DNA from: Camelus dromedarius
Taxonomy: Eukaryota
Assembly: GCF_036321535.1 (NCBI RefSeq)
Contig: NC_087447.1
Span: 40,736,001 to 40,800,000, forward strand
DNA: 64,000 nt
Reading direction: 5' to 3'
Of this stretch, positions 36,501 through 48,730 are shown in pieces (within the stretch, counting starts at the first letter, position 1; each line of letters opens with the position of its first letter). A program made the position numbers and the translations under genes. The notes under the pieces are model-generated. The model saw only the letters and a list, made by a program, of their open reading frames with translations, searched no databases and had not been told where the DNA came from.

Positions 36501-38709
36501 TTTATAAAACTTGGAGGTTTTAATGAATGAGGGGCTATTATTTCTTGAGTGATCTCGGCCCTAGGTTGTGAAGAGAAGCCAAATAAAAAAATTCATCCAG
36601 CTGAGAGAAGGCCACCTTGTTGAGGCCCAAGAGATTGAAAGTCAAGGGCCTGGGCTTCACCTTGGGAGCTTGAGAACACAGGTTCATGATCAGCCGTGTG
36701 CTTCTGTATGTTGCTGGAATGGCCAGCTCTTCCCTCTGTTTACAGTGTTCTTGGCTTCTAGGGTGCATGTGTCCCTGGTTCTAAACTGGCAGCTGTCAGG
36801 TATGAGAGATGGCCCAGCCACCTGGCATCACAGGACTGCCTGGCTTCTGATCTCCCTGTTGATAATGGTCCCTTGTGGGCCAAGGAGACAAGTGAGATGG
36901 ACCGGAGATGATTTCTCTCTGGATACTTGCTGGGATCCCAGATCTGGCCCATGTGGATGCTCTTCCCTGCCTCAGACTCATTTCTGCGTGCTCACTGCCT
37001 GACACTAAGCTGGCAGGACATCAGTACAAAACATACTGGGTGAAATGTTTGGTCCTAATCTGACACTAAGATGCCTGGTGTTACTTAAACACTAGGATAC
37101 CATTTGGAGTGATTTTTACCTGTCCTGAAAGAACTTTTTTTTTTTTTCATTAACTTATTAATTCTGGTTGAGCCAATAAAACTCATCGCACATTATTCAT
37201 TTTAGAATTTAAAAATCAAATTTTGAGTCAATGCTAAATGGATCACTGGTACTCTTTCCTTCTATGAGAGATGAGCTTTTCATACCAATTCCATCAATGT
37301 GAATTGCCTGTAACAGGCAGTCTTTGTTCCTGAGGCTCAGCGTGGCTGCAGATGCCACGTGAGATTGGCGAATGCCTCAGAGGTCCCCTTCCATGCCTGC
37401 TTCTGTGACCGTGGTGTAGACTGTACCAGCCAAAACTGCTCGGTCCGTGCAATCTGCCGCCCCAGCACTCTGCCATCAGCCTTCCTAGGGCTCAGCTTCC
37501 AGGGTGAAAGGGTGAAGTGAAATTGTGTTGAATGATTAAATGAATATGCATCAAAAAATGCCCCGCAAGTGCTTTGAAGCATAGAGATTATCAGCCGACT
37601 CTGCGCAGAGCCGTATGAAAACCAGGAGGTTTTAGATCTGCTTTGGGAAACACAGAGAAATGGCTCAGCAGGAAGAGCCCCTGCCGCCTGTACTTTGCTC
37701 CTTTGAGCGAATCAATCGGCTTTTTAAAACCCAAGCTTTAATTGGTTCTGCCCTGGGAGAGGGTTTTCGATACATTCCCCCATCTGGCAGGACTAATTGT
37801 TCTTTGCAGTCGGTGAACAGATTAGTGCTCTGAGCCCAGGAAGGAGACCTGGAAGGTGTTCATGCCTATAAATGTCACTGCTCATGGCTGTTTGATGATA
37901 GTGAGTCCTTTCTGCCATCTGACTTTTGCAAAGAATTCCTAGGATATGTCTTATATCTGAGCAACTCCCACATTGCTCCAAGGATGACAGAGAGGTGAGG
38001 TACCCTTGTATGGCCAACATCTCTGATGGAGAGCCACCTGGCATCGCAGGCCCGGCTTCTGACCTCCCTGTTGACAGTGGTCCCATGTGAGCCAAAAAGA
38101 CAAGGGCCTCTGTGGGTGCTCTTCTCTGCCTCAGTGGACACCCCGCCTCTGCCCCCTTGCCACCCATGCCCCCAGTATCTGCCAGGGCCCACTTTTAAGA
38201 ACTGGACTTTCTTGTGTGTTGAGTGTAGCTGTGCCACAATAATGAGGCTGCTGGGTTCTTTATCCAGTTTTGGTACACCAGATAGACCCTCCAATAGTCC
38301 ATATCGAGCTTTCTCAGTTTCCTTGAGAAGAACCAGCCCCAACACACCATGACTTGGAAAGACCATAGGTCGAAGGCATCACCAAGTTTTCTTGGCTGTG
38401 TCTGCTAGGAAGGACCTTCTGTTCAGGGCTGTCCCCAACACACAGTGTCAGAGATGGTCTCCCATGGGCTTGCATCTCTTGTACCTCTGGTCACCCCATC
38501 ACCCATCTTGGAAACAACAGTGCCTGTGGGTCTCTGGGCTGTTCTGAAATGCTCCATCACTGAGCCTCCATCAGTTTGTTAATTTGTTCATGTCAAAAAT
38601 GTTTAATATTTATTACATCAGGCATTTATTATTACTTTTATTATATATGATAATTATAAGTTTATGTTACATAGATATCTAATTCCTAACAGCCCTATGA
38701 AGTAAGCCA

Positions 38710-38980
38710 TGTTGGGAGATAGTATATGATAGTGGTTAGGACCCCTGAGGCTGGAGCCAGACTATGTGTGTTCAGTTCCCTACTCTGCCCACCTTCGGCT
38801 CTGTGACCTTGGGCAGCTTGCTTAATATAAACTTTCTGTGCCTTAGTATCCCATCTGTAAAATAGGATAATAATACCAACCTCCACAGTTGTTACAAGGA
38901 ATAAGAACTAACACATATGATACTTGCTGGACAGAGCCTGGCACTTGGTAAACACCCATGTGTGTTTACTGTTGTTACTG
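38710..38980 (+). mobile_element. MIR SINE (near full length)
   Basis: tagtggttagg...ctggagccagac...tgtgaccttgggcag...catctgtaaaataggataataatacc...gcctggcacttggtaa. Confidence 0.9.
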
Positions 38981-40064
38981 CCATCATACAAATAAGAAGT
39001 CTGAAACACAGAGAAATTAAGAACATTCCCTGAGTCATTGCTGTTTAAGACCAGGTCAGACTCCCAAGCTCCACCATGCAAACCTGCATGCTCACATCTC
39101 TCTCCGTGGAGAGACCTGCGTGGGGATTACATATTCACACAGCTGGCAAGGACAGTGGGAGAGAGAAATAGACGTTTTTCCTCCTCATGAAGGACCCTTG
39201 TCCCACATCTCTCAGTGATCTCAGTACGGTTCAGGCGAGATGAATAGGTTTTGACCCTCTGCATTCGAATCCCCTTCCAGCAACACGTCCTTGAGACCCC
39301 ACCCAGGTCAAAGGGTGCAACTTTAGGGATCCCAAATCTGCTCATCTGTTCAGCGTGGGCTCTTTCCACCCAGATGTGAATGTCTGCTCATTTCGCTCTC
39401 ATAATAGGCTCCCAAGTTTATACTGCTGTGGAGATTAAAGATGATAGGCTCTGTGAAGTTTTTATCTCAGGGCCTGGCACAGAGTAAGGGCTCAGTAAAC
39501 TCTCAGGATTACTATTAGTATGACCAAGTCACCTTCCTTCCGGTTTGGAGCACACTTCTCTTTGCCTAGATAACACTCTGCAGCAGTGGGTTCTTATTTT
39601 GCTCCTTGATGTCTAAGGCAGGCCAAGCCCTCTTCTTGCCTTCCTTTACATCCCCAGAAGAAGTCCCAGTGTGGATCAAGGGCAAGGGCATGTGTGAGCC
39701 TTGTGCCCTACAGAGGAGCTTTCCTTATGAACAGCAAAGAGGTGAAAGCTCTTACCTCATAGGGTGGGCTGCCTTTGGTCCTTATTCTTCAGTTTCTCTC
39801 TGGGGAGTATGGCCTTTTTGGAATTCATGTGGTGACCTAGGCCCAGAGTTATCTCCCACTTGGAACTGACCCTCTTGCCCTTAGATGGACTTCAGTTGAG
39901 TCCAAGAGAAAGAAGCCTGAAACCAGTGAAACAGACTGGCTCCACTTGGCTGCCCAGGGCCAGGAGTTCACGTAAGAATTTGGGACCAGTGTAAACATTT
40001 CCAGCAGTTATAGAATGCTTATAATGGGCCAGGTATTGCTCACTGGATCCTCCAAATAACTGTA

Positions 40065-40992
40065 TGTGGTAGGAAGAGTAAAGGCCCCCAAAGATGTCCA
40101 CATCCTCATCCTCAGAATCTGTGAACACAGTCTGCTATGTGGCAAAGGGGGGATTAAGTTTGCTAATCAGCTGGCCTTGAGATGGGGAGATTATCCTGGA
40201 TTATCTGGGAGGTTTAATGCAAACACAAGGGTCTTTATGAGTGAAAGAGTGAGGCAGGAGACTCAGAGTGATTCAACGTGAGGACTCAACTATCCTTGCT
40301 GACTCTGAGGATGGAGGAAGAGTGTTATGGAAATGACAGGCCAGCCAAGAAACAAGCACCACTCAGAGGGTTGGAGTACTCACATTTATTACACCAGCGG
40401 GCTCAGAGGGGCTTCTGCTCTGAAGCTCTGAGCACCTCCAAGACGTGTGCATGAGGTTTTATAGGGTTAATTACAAGCTTGGGGTATTTGGCCAGTAGGC
40501 ATGGAACGGCTTTAGCAGCATCATTATCACAAAAGCAGAGGCAGGGAGGCAGCATACTGACATTCCAAGGCCAGATATGTCTCTCTGAAAATCCAACTGG
40601 CTAGCAAAAAAAAAAAAAAAAAAAAAAAACAAAAAAACATAAGCAGGGAATCAGCAAACCGACACTTATTAACTTAGATTTACGAGTTAGCCCACCGGAA
40701 CTCAGATCAGTAATCCGACATTTGTTATATGTAGATTTACGAGTTAGGACCAGACCGGCTTTTCCTTCACAAGAGGATCATGAGTCAAGGAACACAGACA
40801 ACTTATAGAAGTTGGAAAAGACAAGAAAACAGGTGCTCTCCAGAGCCTCCAGGAGGAACACAGCCCTGCTTGACACCCAGTGAGACGCAGTTCAGATTTT
40901 TGACCTCCAGAGCCATTAGATAATAAATTGCTGTCATTTTTCATCACTAAGTTTGCGATAATTTGTTACAGCAGCAATAAGAAACTAATACA
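40065..40992 (+). mobile_element. MLT1D-like solo LTR, split by a younger ERV LTR
   Basis: tgtggtagg...ggcccccaaagatgtccacatcct; gctaatcagctggccttgagatggggagattatcctggattatc; end ttgttacagcagcaataagaaactaataca. Confidence 0.9.
40323..40771 (-). mobile_element. Young ERV solo LTR (probably class I/ERV1, lineage-specific)
   Basis: TG...CA with imperfect inverted ends tgttatggaaa / tttccttcaca; perfect 4-bp TSD agag (40319-40322, 40772-40775); minus-strand TATAAAA (about 40457-40463) and AATAAA (40385-40390); U3 tandem repeats. Confidence 0.85.
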
Positions 40993-41140
40993 CCCTAAAA
41001 ATAGATATAGTTATTATCTCTGTTTCACAGATGAGAGTCCTGAAGTTTAGAAAGGATAAGTAACTTGTGCACTGTCACACATAAGAAGGCTGGGAGCTAG
41101 GACCTGTACCCGGCTGTTTTATTGGAGCCTCAGACCCATC
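40993..41140 (-). mobile_element. MIR SINE (right part; left part about 40000-40064)
   Basis: ttattatctctgtttcacagatgagagtcctgaagtttagaaaggataagtaacttgtgcactgtcacac. Confidence 0.7.
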
Positions 41141-41942
41141 ATGTTACCTGGTCCCCAACCCCAGCAGTCGTAGAGACCCTGATCATTTCCATCATCTTAT
41201 TCTTCATGCACTTTTCCTTCAGGAATTTGCACTGGGGCAGGAGGTGTGCACAGACATCAGGATTCAGCTCTTGGCTACTTCTGTCTCTTTCCACTGGAAA
41301 CATGGGCCCAGTGAGTGGTAGAAAGGAGGACGGAGGCCCGGCTTGCAGAGGAGCTGGGTGGACTGGTGAGCTCCGGTCTCACCCCCGGGTCTTGTGTTGC
41401 CTTATGTCAGTTGTTGTTTGATAGAGTTTCTGGACGATGATGTGGGTCCCTTCTGCCCTTATTAGTGATCAGCATGTGGAGACCTTCAAGCTCAGCAACT
41501 GAGGAAGAACTACGTGGGGGCTCAACTGAGGGGAGAGAAAAGTAATTTTGAATTGGAGCCAAAACAACTGAGAGGAGGAATGGATGAATGAGTCTTTTCA
41601 ATGGATCTAAACACTTAGATACTCACTGGATATCACTTGTATTAGCATCTCCTGAGGCCAACTTATATCGATGCAGCATAAAACTGTTTTTACAATAGTG
41701 TGAAGAGAAGGAGGAAGGAAGGAGGAGTGGTTTACAAGGAAAGAGGGAGGAGAGTAAGAGCATTTATTCAGCATTCACTCAACAAATGAGTAGAAGTGCA
41801 AATACAATCGTAACCTAGAGTAGCTTCAGGAAGCCAAAGGAAAGAAGCTTGGAGAAGAATGGAGAGCACCAGGAAGGGGTGAGCCAGGGTGGGTGGGCGG
41901 GGGTGAGGAAGGACAGGAAAGCTGCCTGCCTGCTGTCTCAAG

Positions 41943-42259
41943 CTGTGCTGTCCGGTCGGGCAGCCAGTGGTCACAGGTGGCTACTGAGCCCCTGAAATGC
42001 AGCTCGTCCAAACTGAGATGTGCTCTGGGCATGCAATATGCAACTGATTCACAGACGTCAAGTGAAACAATCATGCCAGATATCTCACTAATCATTTTTA
42101 TGTTGATTATATATTGGAATGATAATATTTGGGATGTATTGGTGGAAATAAGACATTACTAAAATGAATTGCACCTTTCTCTTTTTCCTATTTTTCATGT
42201 GGCTCTAGACAATTTAAAATGACACATGGCTTGCATTCTATTTCTATGAGACAGGGCTG
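41943..42259 (-). mobile_element. MER33 (hAT-Charlie)
   Basis: ctgtgctgtcc...gacagggctg TIRs; about 320 bp; 8-bp TSD-like gtctcaag (41935-41942) / gtctagag (42260-42267). Confidence 0.85.
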
Positions 42260-43359
42260 GTCTAGAGGGCAGAAGCAGGACCAGGAGTGTAATATTAATA
42301 GGGAGGCAGTTTGGCCCCATGGTAAGAACAGAGCTTCCAACTATTGGCCATGTCCAAAGAAAAGAGGCAGGAGCTCCTTGTTAGTAGCAGAAATAGAGGC
42401 CAAGGCTCTCTCTTCTCAGGGCCTCTGTAGGGTGTTGCTGCTTTTAGAGCAGGACTGGACCAGGTCACCACTCAGAGCCCTTCTGGTGCTTAAAGGACTG
42501 TGTGTGCATGAATGATTTATGTATATGAATTCTATCTCTTTCTCACTTTATTGCTGTGTATTTTCCTGGTTCTTCTCACTGCCTTGGGAAAACACAGTGG
42601 TATTCTTTGAGAAGTTGAGTGGGTGAGTGTCTTGATTCAAGGAAGCATACAGCTTCTCTGTGCTCCTAAAACCTCCAGGTCCCCTTTGACGCCAGGGTCA
42701 GGCCTTGAATCACTCAGTGCACAAACAGAAACTGTGTACCCACCAAAGGCTATCCTGCCCCAGGACAGCTGCCCAGTCACCAGTCACCAGTGAGCTCCTG
42801 CAGCAGAGTTTGGGGGCCACATCCACTCAGAGTCTGGCCTGCCCACGGTGCTGTGGCCCAGGGGACCTGCAGGCTGCTGGTACCTCCCCTCCCCAGCATG
42901 CCGCAGAAGGACTGGAATGAGAGCCCCCAGGAGCTGGCTCTGTGTTGTCTCTGCACAGCCCAAGAGTCCTGTGACATTTGTGCTGAGCCAGTGATCAACA
43001 AAGCTACTCCTAGCAGCAAAGAGAAATTTAAAACCCTGTGGAGAAGAAGTGTGTCTAGGCTTTAGAGCAGAACCCATCTGCATGATGTTCTAATTGCAAA
43101 CTGGGGACTAACACCCAATTTCCACATTCATCTGACTGCACGTCCTTGGAAGGGGTATTCTTGATTTCTCTACAAGCAGGCTACTGCACTGGCTTTCCGC
43201 CAGTCCAGACTGGCTTTGCTCTGGTGTTTCTATACCCCAGGCCACCAGGGCAGCAGGCTGGCCTAGACCCATACCACTGGAGCCAGGCCAGGCTGGGGAC
43301 TCTATCGTCTTCCCGGGGCAAGGGACCGTGAATAGAAGGGCTCCCTTGTTCCGCAGCAG

Positions 43360-43560
43360 CACAGCCTGTGCAAGCACGTTACATACACAACCGCATTAGG
43401 TCCTTCCAACCACCTAGTGGGGCACATATTATTACCCCCATTTTATAGATAAGGAAGTTAAGGCTCAAAGGGGTTAGGAGACCACATAATTGGCAAGCTT
43501 CAGGGCAGGGCCATAAAGATACATTCGTCTGACTTCAGAGTCCAAAATATTAGCTACCAT
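43360..43560 (-). mobile_element. MIR SINE
   Basis: attattacccccattttatagataaggaagttaaggctcaaagggg...tctgacttcagagtcc. Confidence 0.8.
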
Positions 43561-43722
43561 AATCTACCATAATCTACCATTTCAGGGACTTGGCAAACCT
43601 AAAGAAGGCAGAGCCTGGGGAATTGCCAGATGGAGGTAGAGGAAGTAAGGAAAGAGTGGGAAGAGGGGAGAGGGTAGGGAAGAAAGTGACATATTCATTC
43701 ATTCACTCATTTATTCATTATA

Positions 43723-44156
43723 CACGTTTCCCCAAAAGTGGAGCATGCCTATTTGACCTTTCATAAGCCAAAATGGTGGGAAGCAAAGAAGCAATTACCT
43801 TAAGACACATCTTGCTATTGGATGCACAGAATAAACTGAAGTGAAGCATAGATGCTCACAGATACAGTTCGAAGACATGGCGGCTTGAGGCTGAGATGCT
43901 GAGTACAGTTCTTGGGGAAGGAGTTTGGCGGTGCTGCTCTCTCTGCTTCGGGTGTGCACTGCCGTTTATGGAGGCAAAGCATTGTTTGGCTTGCTGCAAA
44001 ACAAACACTGAACACTGTTTTTGCTTTTTGCCTTTTTTTTGTAAAAGCAAATATCCTCTTTGGATTTCTTTCGGTTAGTGAAAACAGGTACTAATGTAGG
44101 TCTTCTGTGAAAATGACATGGCATAAGGTGAACTTTCGAAAAGCTGGGGATACCTG
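43723..44156. mobile_element. TcMar-Tigger-type MITE, family unassigned
   Basis: TA flanks (43721-43722, 44157-44158); right end reverse complement caggtatccccagcttttcgaaag; degenerate left end cacgtttcccc. Confidence 0.6.
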
Positions 44157-46269
44157 TATATGGTTTGATTCCGGGTTTTTGGTAGGTGAGACACTGAGAT
44201 GAGAAGGACCAGCCGCTTCCCTGGAGAATCTCAGGAAGTAATAGACAGTTGTGCTGAGTGGATCTGTGTGCAGTCTTTGCCTGGTTCTGCAGGGACACAG
44301 GCTAGAAAACAGTGAGTTCTTCTGTGGGAGGCAGGGTGGGCTTTGCACAGAGGAGGAGGCATTGGACTTGGACTTGAACGGGGATCAGGCATTGGGGGCA
44401 GAGAGAACCACATAAGCAAAGGCCCGGAGGTTAGGGGCTTGTTGGCTTATTGGGAGATAATGGCTGGTCATTCCTGGTGGGGAAGAGAGTTGGGAGGGAG
44501 TGAGGATTAGGGGGGGAGCAGGGAGGCTGGACTGGGGGGCCCTTGGCTGTCATAGCAGGTCATGTGGTGGGACATGGCAGGAACATTTCTTCCTTCCCTC
44601 CTTCACTGACTCAGCTCTTACCCATTTCCTTTACATACCACATCAGCCACCATTAGCAGACTGAGGAGCTTGGCTGGGTTGGGGGAGGGGTTCTTCAGCT
44701 TAGAGAACGGTATCGCAGGACTTCTCTTTCCCGTTCAGATTTGCCTTAGATTTGAGCGTCCTAGTAACGGAGCACAGTCCCTGACACCAAAACCCTGCTG
44801 GAATACAGAGAAAAAGACTCCTGTTGGCTGTCAGACACATCTCCATGGAGGAAGTGGAGATTTATTGAGTGTTAAATGTCAGTATCGATGTAATAAAGAT
44901 GGTACACTGTAAGTAATAAGCACTTTCCAGGTGAGGAACCATTTTCAATAAGTTGTCAACCTGTCTGAAACTATGAATTATTAATAAAAGAAAGGATGTT
45001 GAAGAAAGCCCACTTGGAGTTATTTAACTTTCAGATCTACTCCACAGCTCCATCCCTTCTCGACAGGAACATCAGTGTCCTTTGGTACCCAAGGACCTTG
45101 AAGTTTGCACATGCTTTCATCTCATAAAAACATCCCAATGTTCCTTGTGTTGTCTTTCCTGTGATGGGGATAGGCTTGATAGAAAATGGATTTCTGACGT
45201 TCAATCTTGTGACTGGCAGAGAATTTTCAGGAAGTGAATTCTGGAGGGGAAAAAAGGAAAAGAGGACAAGGGCCCTGGGATGGTCACGGCATCTGCCAAT
45301 GTCGCCAGGTGTCAGCTGAGCCCACTCACCCCTCAGTGATCTACACATCATTCTGGAGAGTTCCACAGTCCTGGGAGTGCAGCGTCTTCCTCCTAGATTC
45401 CTGCTCATGCCCAGTGACTCCAGGCTGCCCCTGCCTCCTGGGTTCTTCCCACAGACCACCTCCACGACATGTTCCCCATGCTCAGTGTGTGTGGACAAGC
45501 TCACGAAGAGAACTCACAAAGGGTTCAGGCACACAGTTGGCCTTCCCAAAGAAGATTTATTAGGGCAGCAGCTTTCAATGGCTCCAGAAGCCTGGAAGTT
45601 CTTCAGAGGTCTTTCACTTCTCACATTTCACCCCAGGCCCACCCCATCTTGCCACCCTGGCATTCATTGTCATCCCTTCTCCTTTTCAGAAGCAAACTCC
45701 CAGCTCTTCACCCTCCCCAAGAAGGCCATCTCCTCCCCTCCTCTGACTCCTGGGCCATGGCTGGCACCTGGTCACCTTCCACCCAACACTCATCATGTTG
45801 GTTTCCAAAGGAAGAATTCACTGCTTATCCCTGTGATATGATCATCTTAAGATTGGGATAATGGTCCCATTTTACTGATGAGGAAACTGAGGCATGGGAA
45901 CATCGAGTGACCTGCCCCTGGCCCCCTGTAGAGTGGGCTCCCAAGGGCCCCACACAGCTGCTTGGCTTCTCCTCACCCCTCCTGGACCTGATCTCAGTCC
46001 CTCTCTCTCTGCTTTGCCAGCACTGTTGAGAGCAGTTCCCCCAGTCTCTGCCACTCCAGTTCTTATCAGCGGCCTGCCTTCCCACACACTCTGTCTTGTG
46101 TCCATTCCATCATTAGGAGGCCCAGAGAGAGCCTGGGGTGCTTTGTTAACATTTCATGTGGCTATTTTGGAAGTGAAGCGAATTGCTCAGAATGAGCCTG
46201 GGTTCCCAGTGGTCAGCAGAAGGCTCTTGCATGTTGCAGGAGCTTGGCAAGATGTCCTTGGAGATGGCC

Positions 46270-46455
46270 AGGTTCAGACAGTCATCCAAACTCCATCCTG
46301 ACTCCAGCACTTGTCTGCTCTGGGGCTTCAGACAATCTTTTAAGCCACTCCGAGCTCCTGGTCTCTAATTGGTAAAAGGCAGATAATAATAGTTATCTCA
46401 CTAAGCTCTTGGGAGGATTAAATGGGGAAGTGTGTGGAGAGGCCCTGGCATGGAT
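46270..46455 (+). mobile_element. MIR SINE
   Basis: catcctgactccagcacttg...gtaaaaggcagataataatagttatctc...gaggattaaatgg. Confidence 0.65.
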
Positions 46456-47407
46456 GAAATGCAGTTTCCTTGTGGGAGGGAGGGTTACACATTGGGCCAG
46501 TCCTGTCCAGTGATGGTTGCTTTGCGCTGGGCCTTCATTACAACCTGCATCTGCCCACACCCAGTTCACAGCTGCTCTTTTGGGGCCACATTAACCATCC
46601 CTACAAAAATACATGGGAAGGAGTATTAAGCTTCCCGTGGATATTGAGCTCATTATTTGTTGAGGAAACTTTGGTACCTCTTGAAGGCACAGCCCTTATC
46701 AACTTGCCCTCCTGTGACTCACTAGTGTCACTGAGGGCTGGCTGTAGTGCCTTCTGCCTTTCAGAGTCTTGCCTCAATTGAGAGGAAGTGCGTGTGTGTT
46801 TCAGAATGGCCTTGTGGAGGTGACACTCTGGCGTTTGGCTCCCAGGACCTCTGTGTGACAGGCCAGGAGAGGGCTGGGGACACATTCTCAGACCCACCTT
46901 GCCATGGGCTTCTCCAGAAAGGATGGGCAATTAAACCCTCAGAAAAATGTCCAGTGGACATTCTTTTCTCTTCAGCCAAGATGTTTCAAATGTCTTTGCT
47001 AGCAGCTGATTACATAAAGGTGACCACACAGCTCCCAGTGTGATGGGGGAGACAGGAAAGTCTGCAGAGCCGCCCAGTCTGATGAAAGCTATTCTGGGAC
47101 TGCGGGCCGAGTGCCATGGGGGACCAGAGGAGGCCTCTCACAGCCTGGAGAGTCAGGGGCAGCTTCCTGGAAGCTGAATTTTGGAGAAATAATTTAGCCA
47201 GGCTCAGAGTGGAGCTGGGAGAAGGAGAGAACTCTGGACAAAGGGAGTGGTAGCAAGAGCAGAGGCAAGGGGGCGCGCCATTCTCTCCCAGCACAACGGC
47301 GGCCATCAGATTGGACCGGTGTGAGTAGCCAAGATTTTGGACCAGCAAAGCCACGAGCTTCTCAGGGTATAAAGAAGAAAACACTGAGCCAATGAAGTGA
47401 GTCTGAG

Positions 47408-47571
47408 CAAAGGGGTTTCATATTTTAATATGCACATGAGTCACCTGGGGACTTGTTAAATACAGATTATGCTTGGGTAAGTCTGGGCTGTGGTCCAGAA
47501 GCCTGCATTTCTAACAAGCTCCTGAGTGAAGCTCATGCTGCTGGTCCACGGACCACACTTTGAGAAGCAAC
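47408..47571 (-). mobile_element. MER5A-like (hAT-Charlie)
   Basis: tgcatttctaacaagctcc...tgctgctggtccacggaccacactttgagaagc. Confidence 0.85.
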
Positions 47572-47760
47572 AGAGAGACTGAGGCAGGCTGGACAAGCCC
47601 TGTGTGTCTGAACTTGGAAGCTTTTATTCCTCATTTCCTGTGACTGTGAGTGAATGGTGAGTAGGAGTTTGGTTTCAGCTGACTCCTTGAGGCGGCTGAG
47701 GAACTAGTGCTGGGCCAGCGCGCAGGCCCGTCGCCTTAGTGTGTGGGGTACTAGCTGTTG

Positions 47761-47849
47761 TTTTTCTTTTAGTGGAGGTGCTGGGGATTGAACCCAGGAC
47801 CTCACGCATGCTAAACACGCGCTGTACCACTGAACTGTGCCCTCCCCCC
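47761..47849 (-). mobile_element. Vic-1-type tRNA-Ala-derived SINE, short tail
   Basis: tggaggtgctggggattgaacccaggacctcacgcatgctaaacacgcgctgtaccactgaactgtgccctcccc; imperfect TSD beginning actag on both sides. Confidence 0.88.
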
Positions 47850-48599
47850 ACTAGTTTGTTTTTAACCTCTTCTTAATGATGACCTTTGCCCCTGTTTCTG
47901 ATTTCTCACTCGGACACGGTAAGGACCTCCGAGAGGAAGACAGGGAGTCCAAGCTGGTGTGACGGTCCCCATGGCTTCTGTGTCAACATAAAGAGCAGGG
48001 GCCTTGCCACTCGGGGAGGATGGCCCCCTCTTCAGTGAGTCCAGGGATGCCATCTCTCCTTCTCCTCCTCCGTGTCCCCCCCATCACAGAGCAGTCCAAG
48101 CCAGGCCTTCTGCCTAGTGTCCTCTCGTGTCCTCGCCCGCTGGCTCCAGGGGACTGTGCACCGCGATGGGGAATAGTGTGGAGGCACAGCTCCAGGGTGG
48201 GCCAGGGGTGCCAATCACAGGGGCACCGGCATAGCTGGGGAGGGTGCCAGGGGCTCCACCTGGCTCACAGACACAGGCTGGCTCATGTGGGGCCTCTCAG
48301 CCGCCAGGCTAGTGCTGAGTGTCCCCACCCTCCGTGACACACTGGTCTTTCTCACCCTGGGTTCTCCATACCAAAGGCCCTAGTGGGAAGTTGGTTCCAT
48401 TCAGTCTGGTTCCAAAACCGCATGTTAAGCAGCCACCATGGGCCTGGGTCCTGGGGAAACAAGGATCCTTCTTCTCAAGAAGTCACAGCTCAGTAGGGAA
48501 GGCAGACAAGGACATGGACAGTTATTATTCAGTGCAGTTAGAGGGGAGCATGGGGACTATAGGGAACTAGGTGGGGAGTGACTGATTCTGTAGAACGGA

Positions 48600-48730
48600 G
48601 TATATTCATTCAACAAATATGGGGCTTGACACTGAGCTAGGCACTGGGGGTACAGCTTTGATAAGAAAAAAGATAAGAAAAACAAGGCCCACGCCTTGAA
48701 GGTCCTGCTAGTATGTAGGGGGTGGGGGCT
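48600..48730 (-). mobile_element. L2 3' end
   Basis: attcattcaacaaatat...ctaggcactgggggtacagc. Confidence 0.7.

Noticed and set aside
37480..37590. AT-rich block as an independent CNE
   Set aside because: atgattaaatgaatatgcat...aagtgctttg resembles a decayed MIR core, so it is not called unique
36816..38104. Direct repeats as a CRISPR array or the LTRs of a mini-retroelement
   Set aside because: Only two units in a eukaryotic context; no TG..CA ends, PBS, PPT or TSD seen
43554..43580. Short 10-mer tandem ctaccataat
   Set aside because: Ordinary slippage duplication
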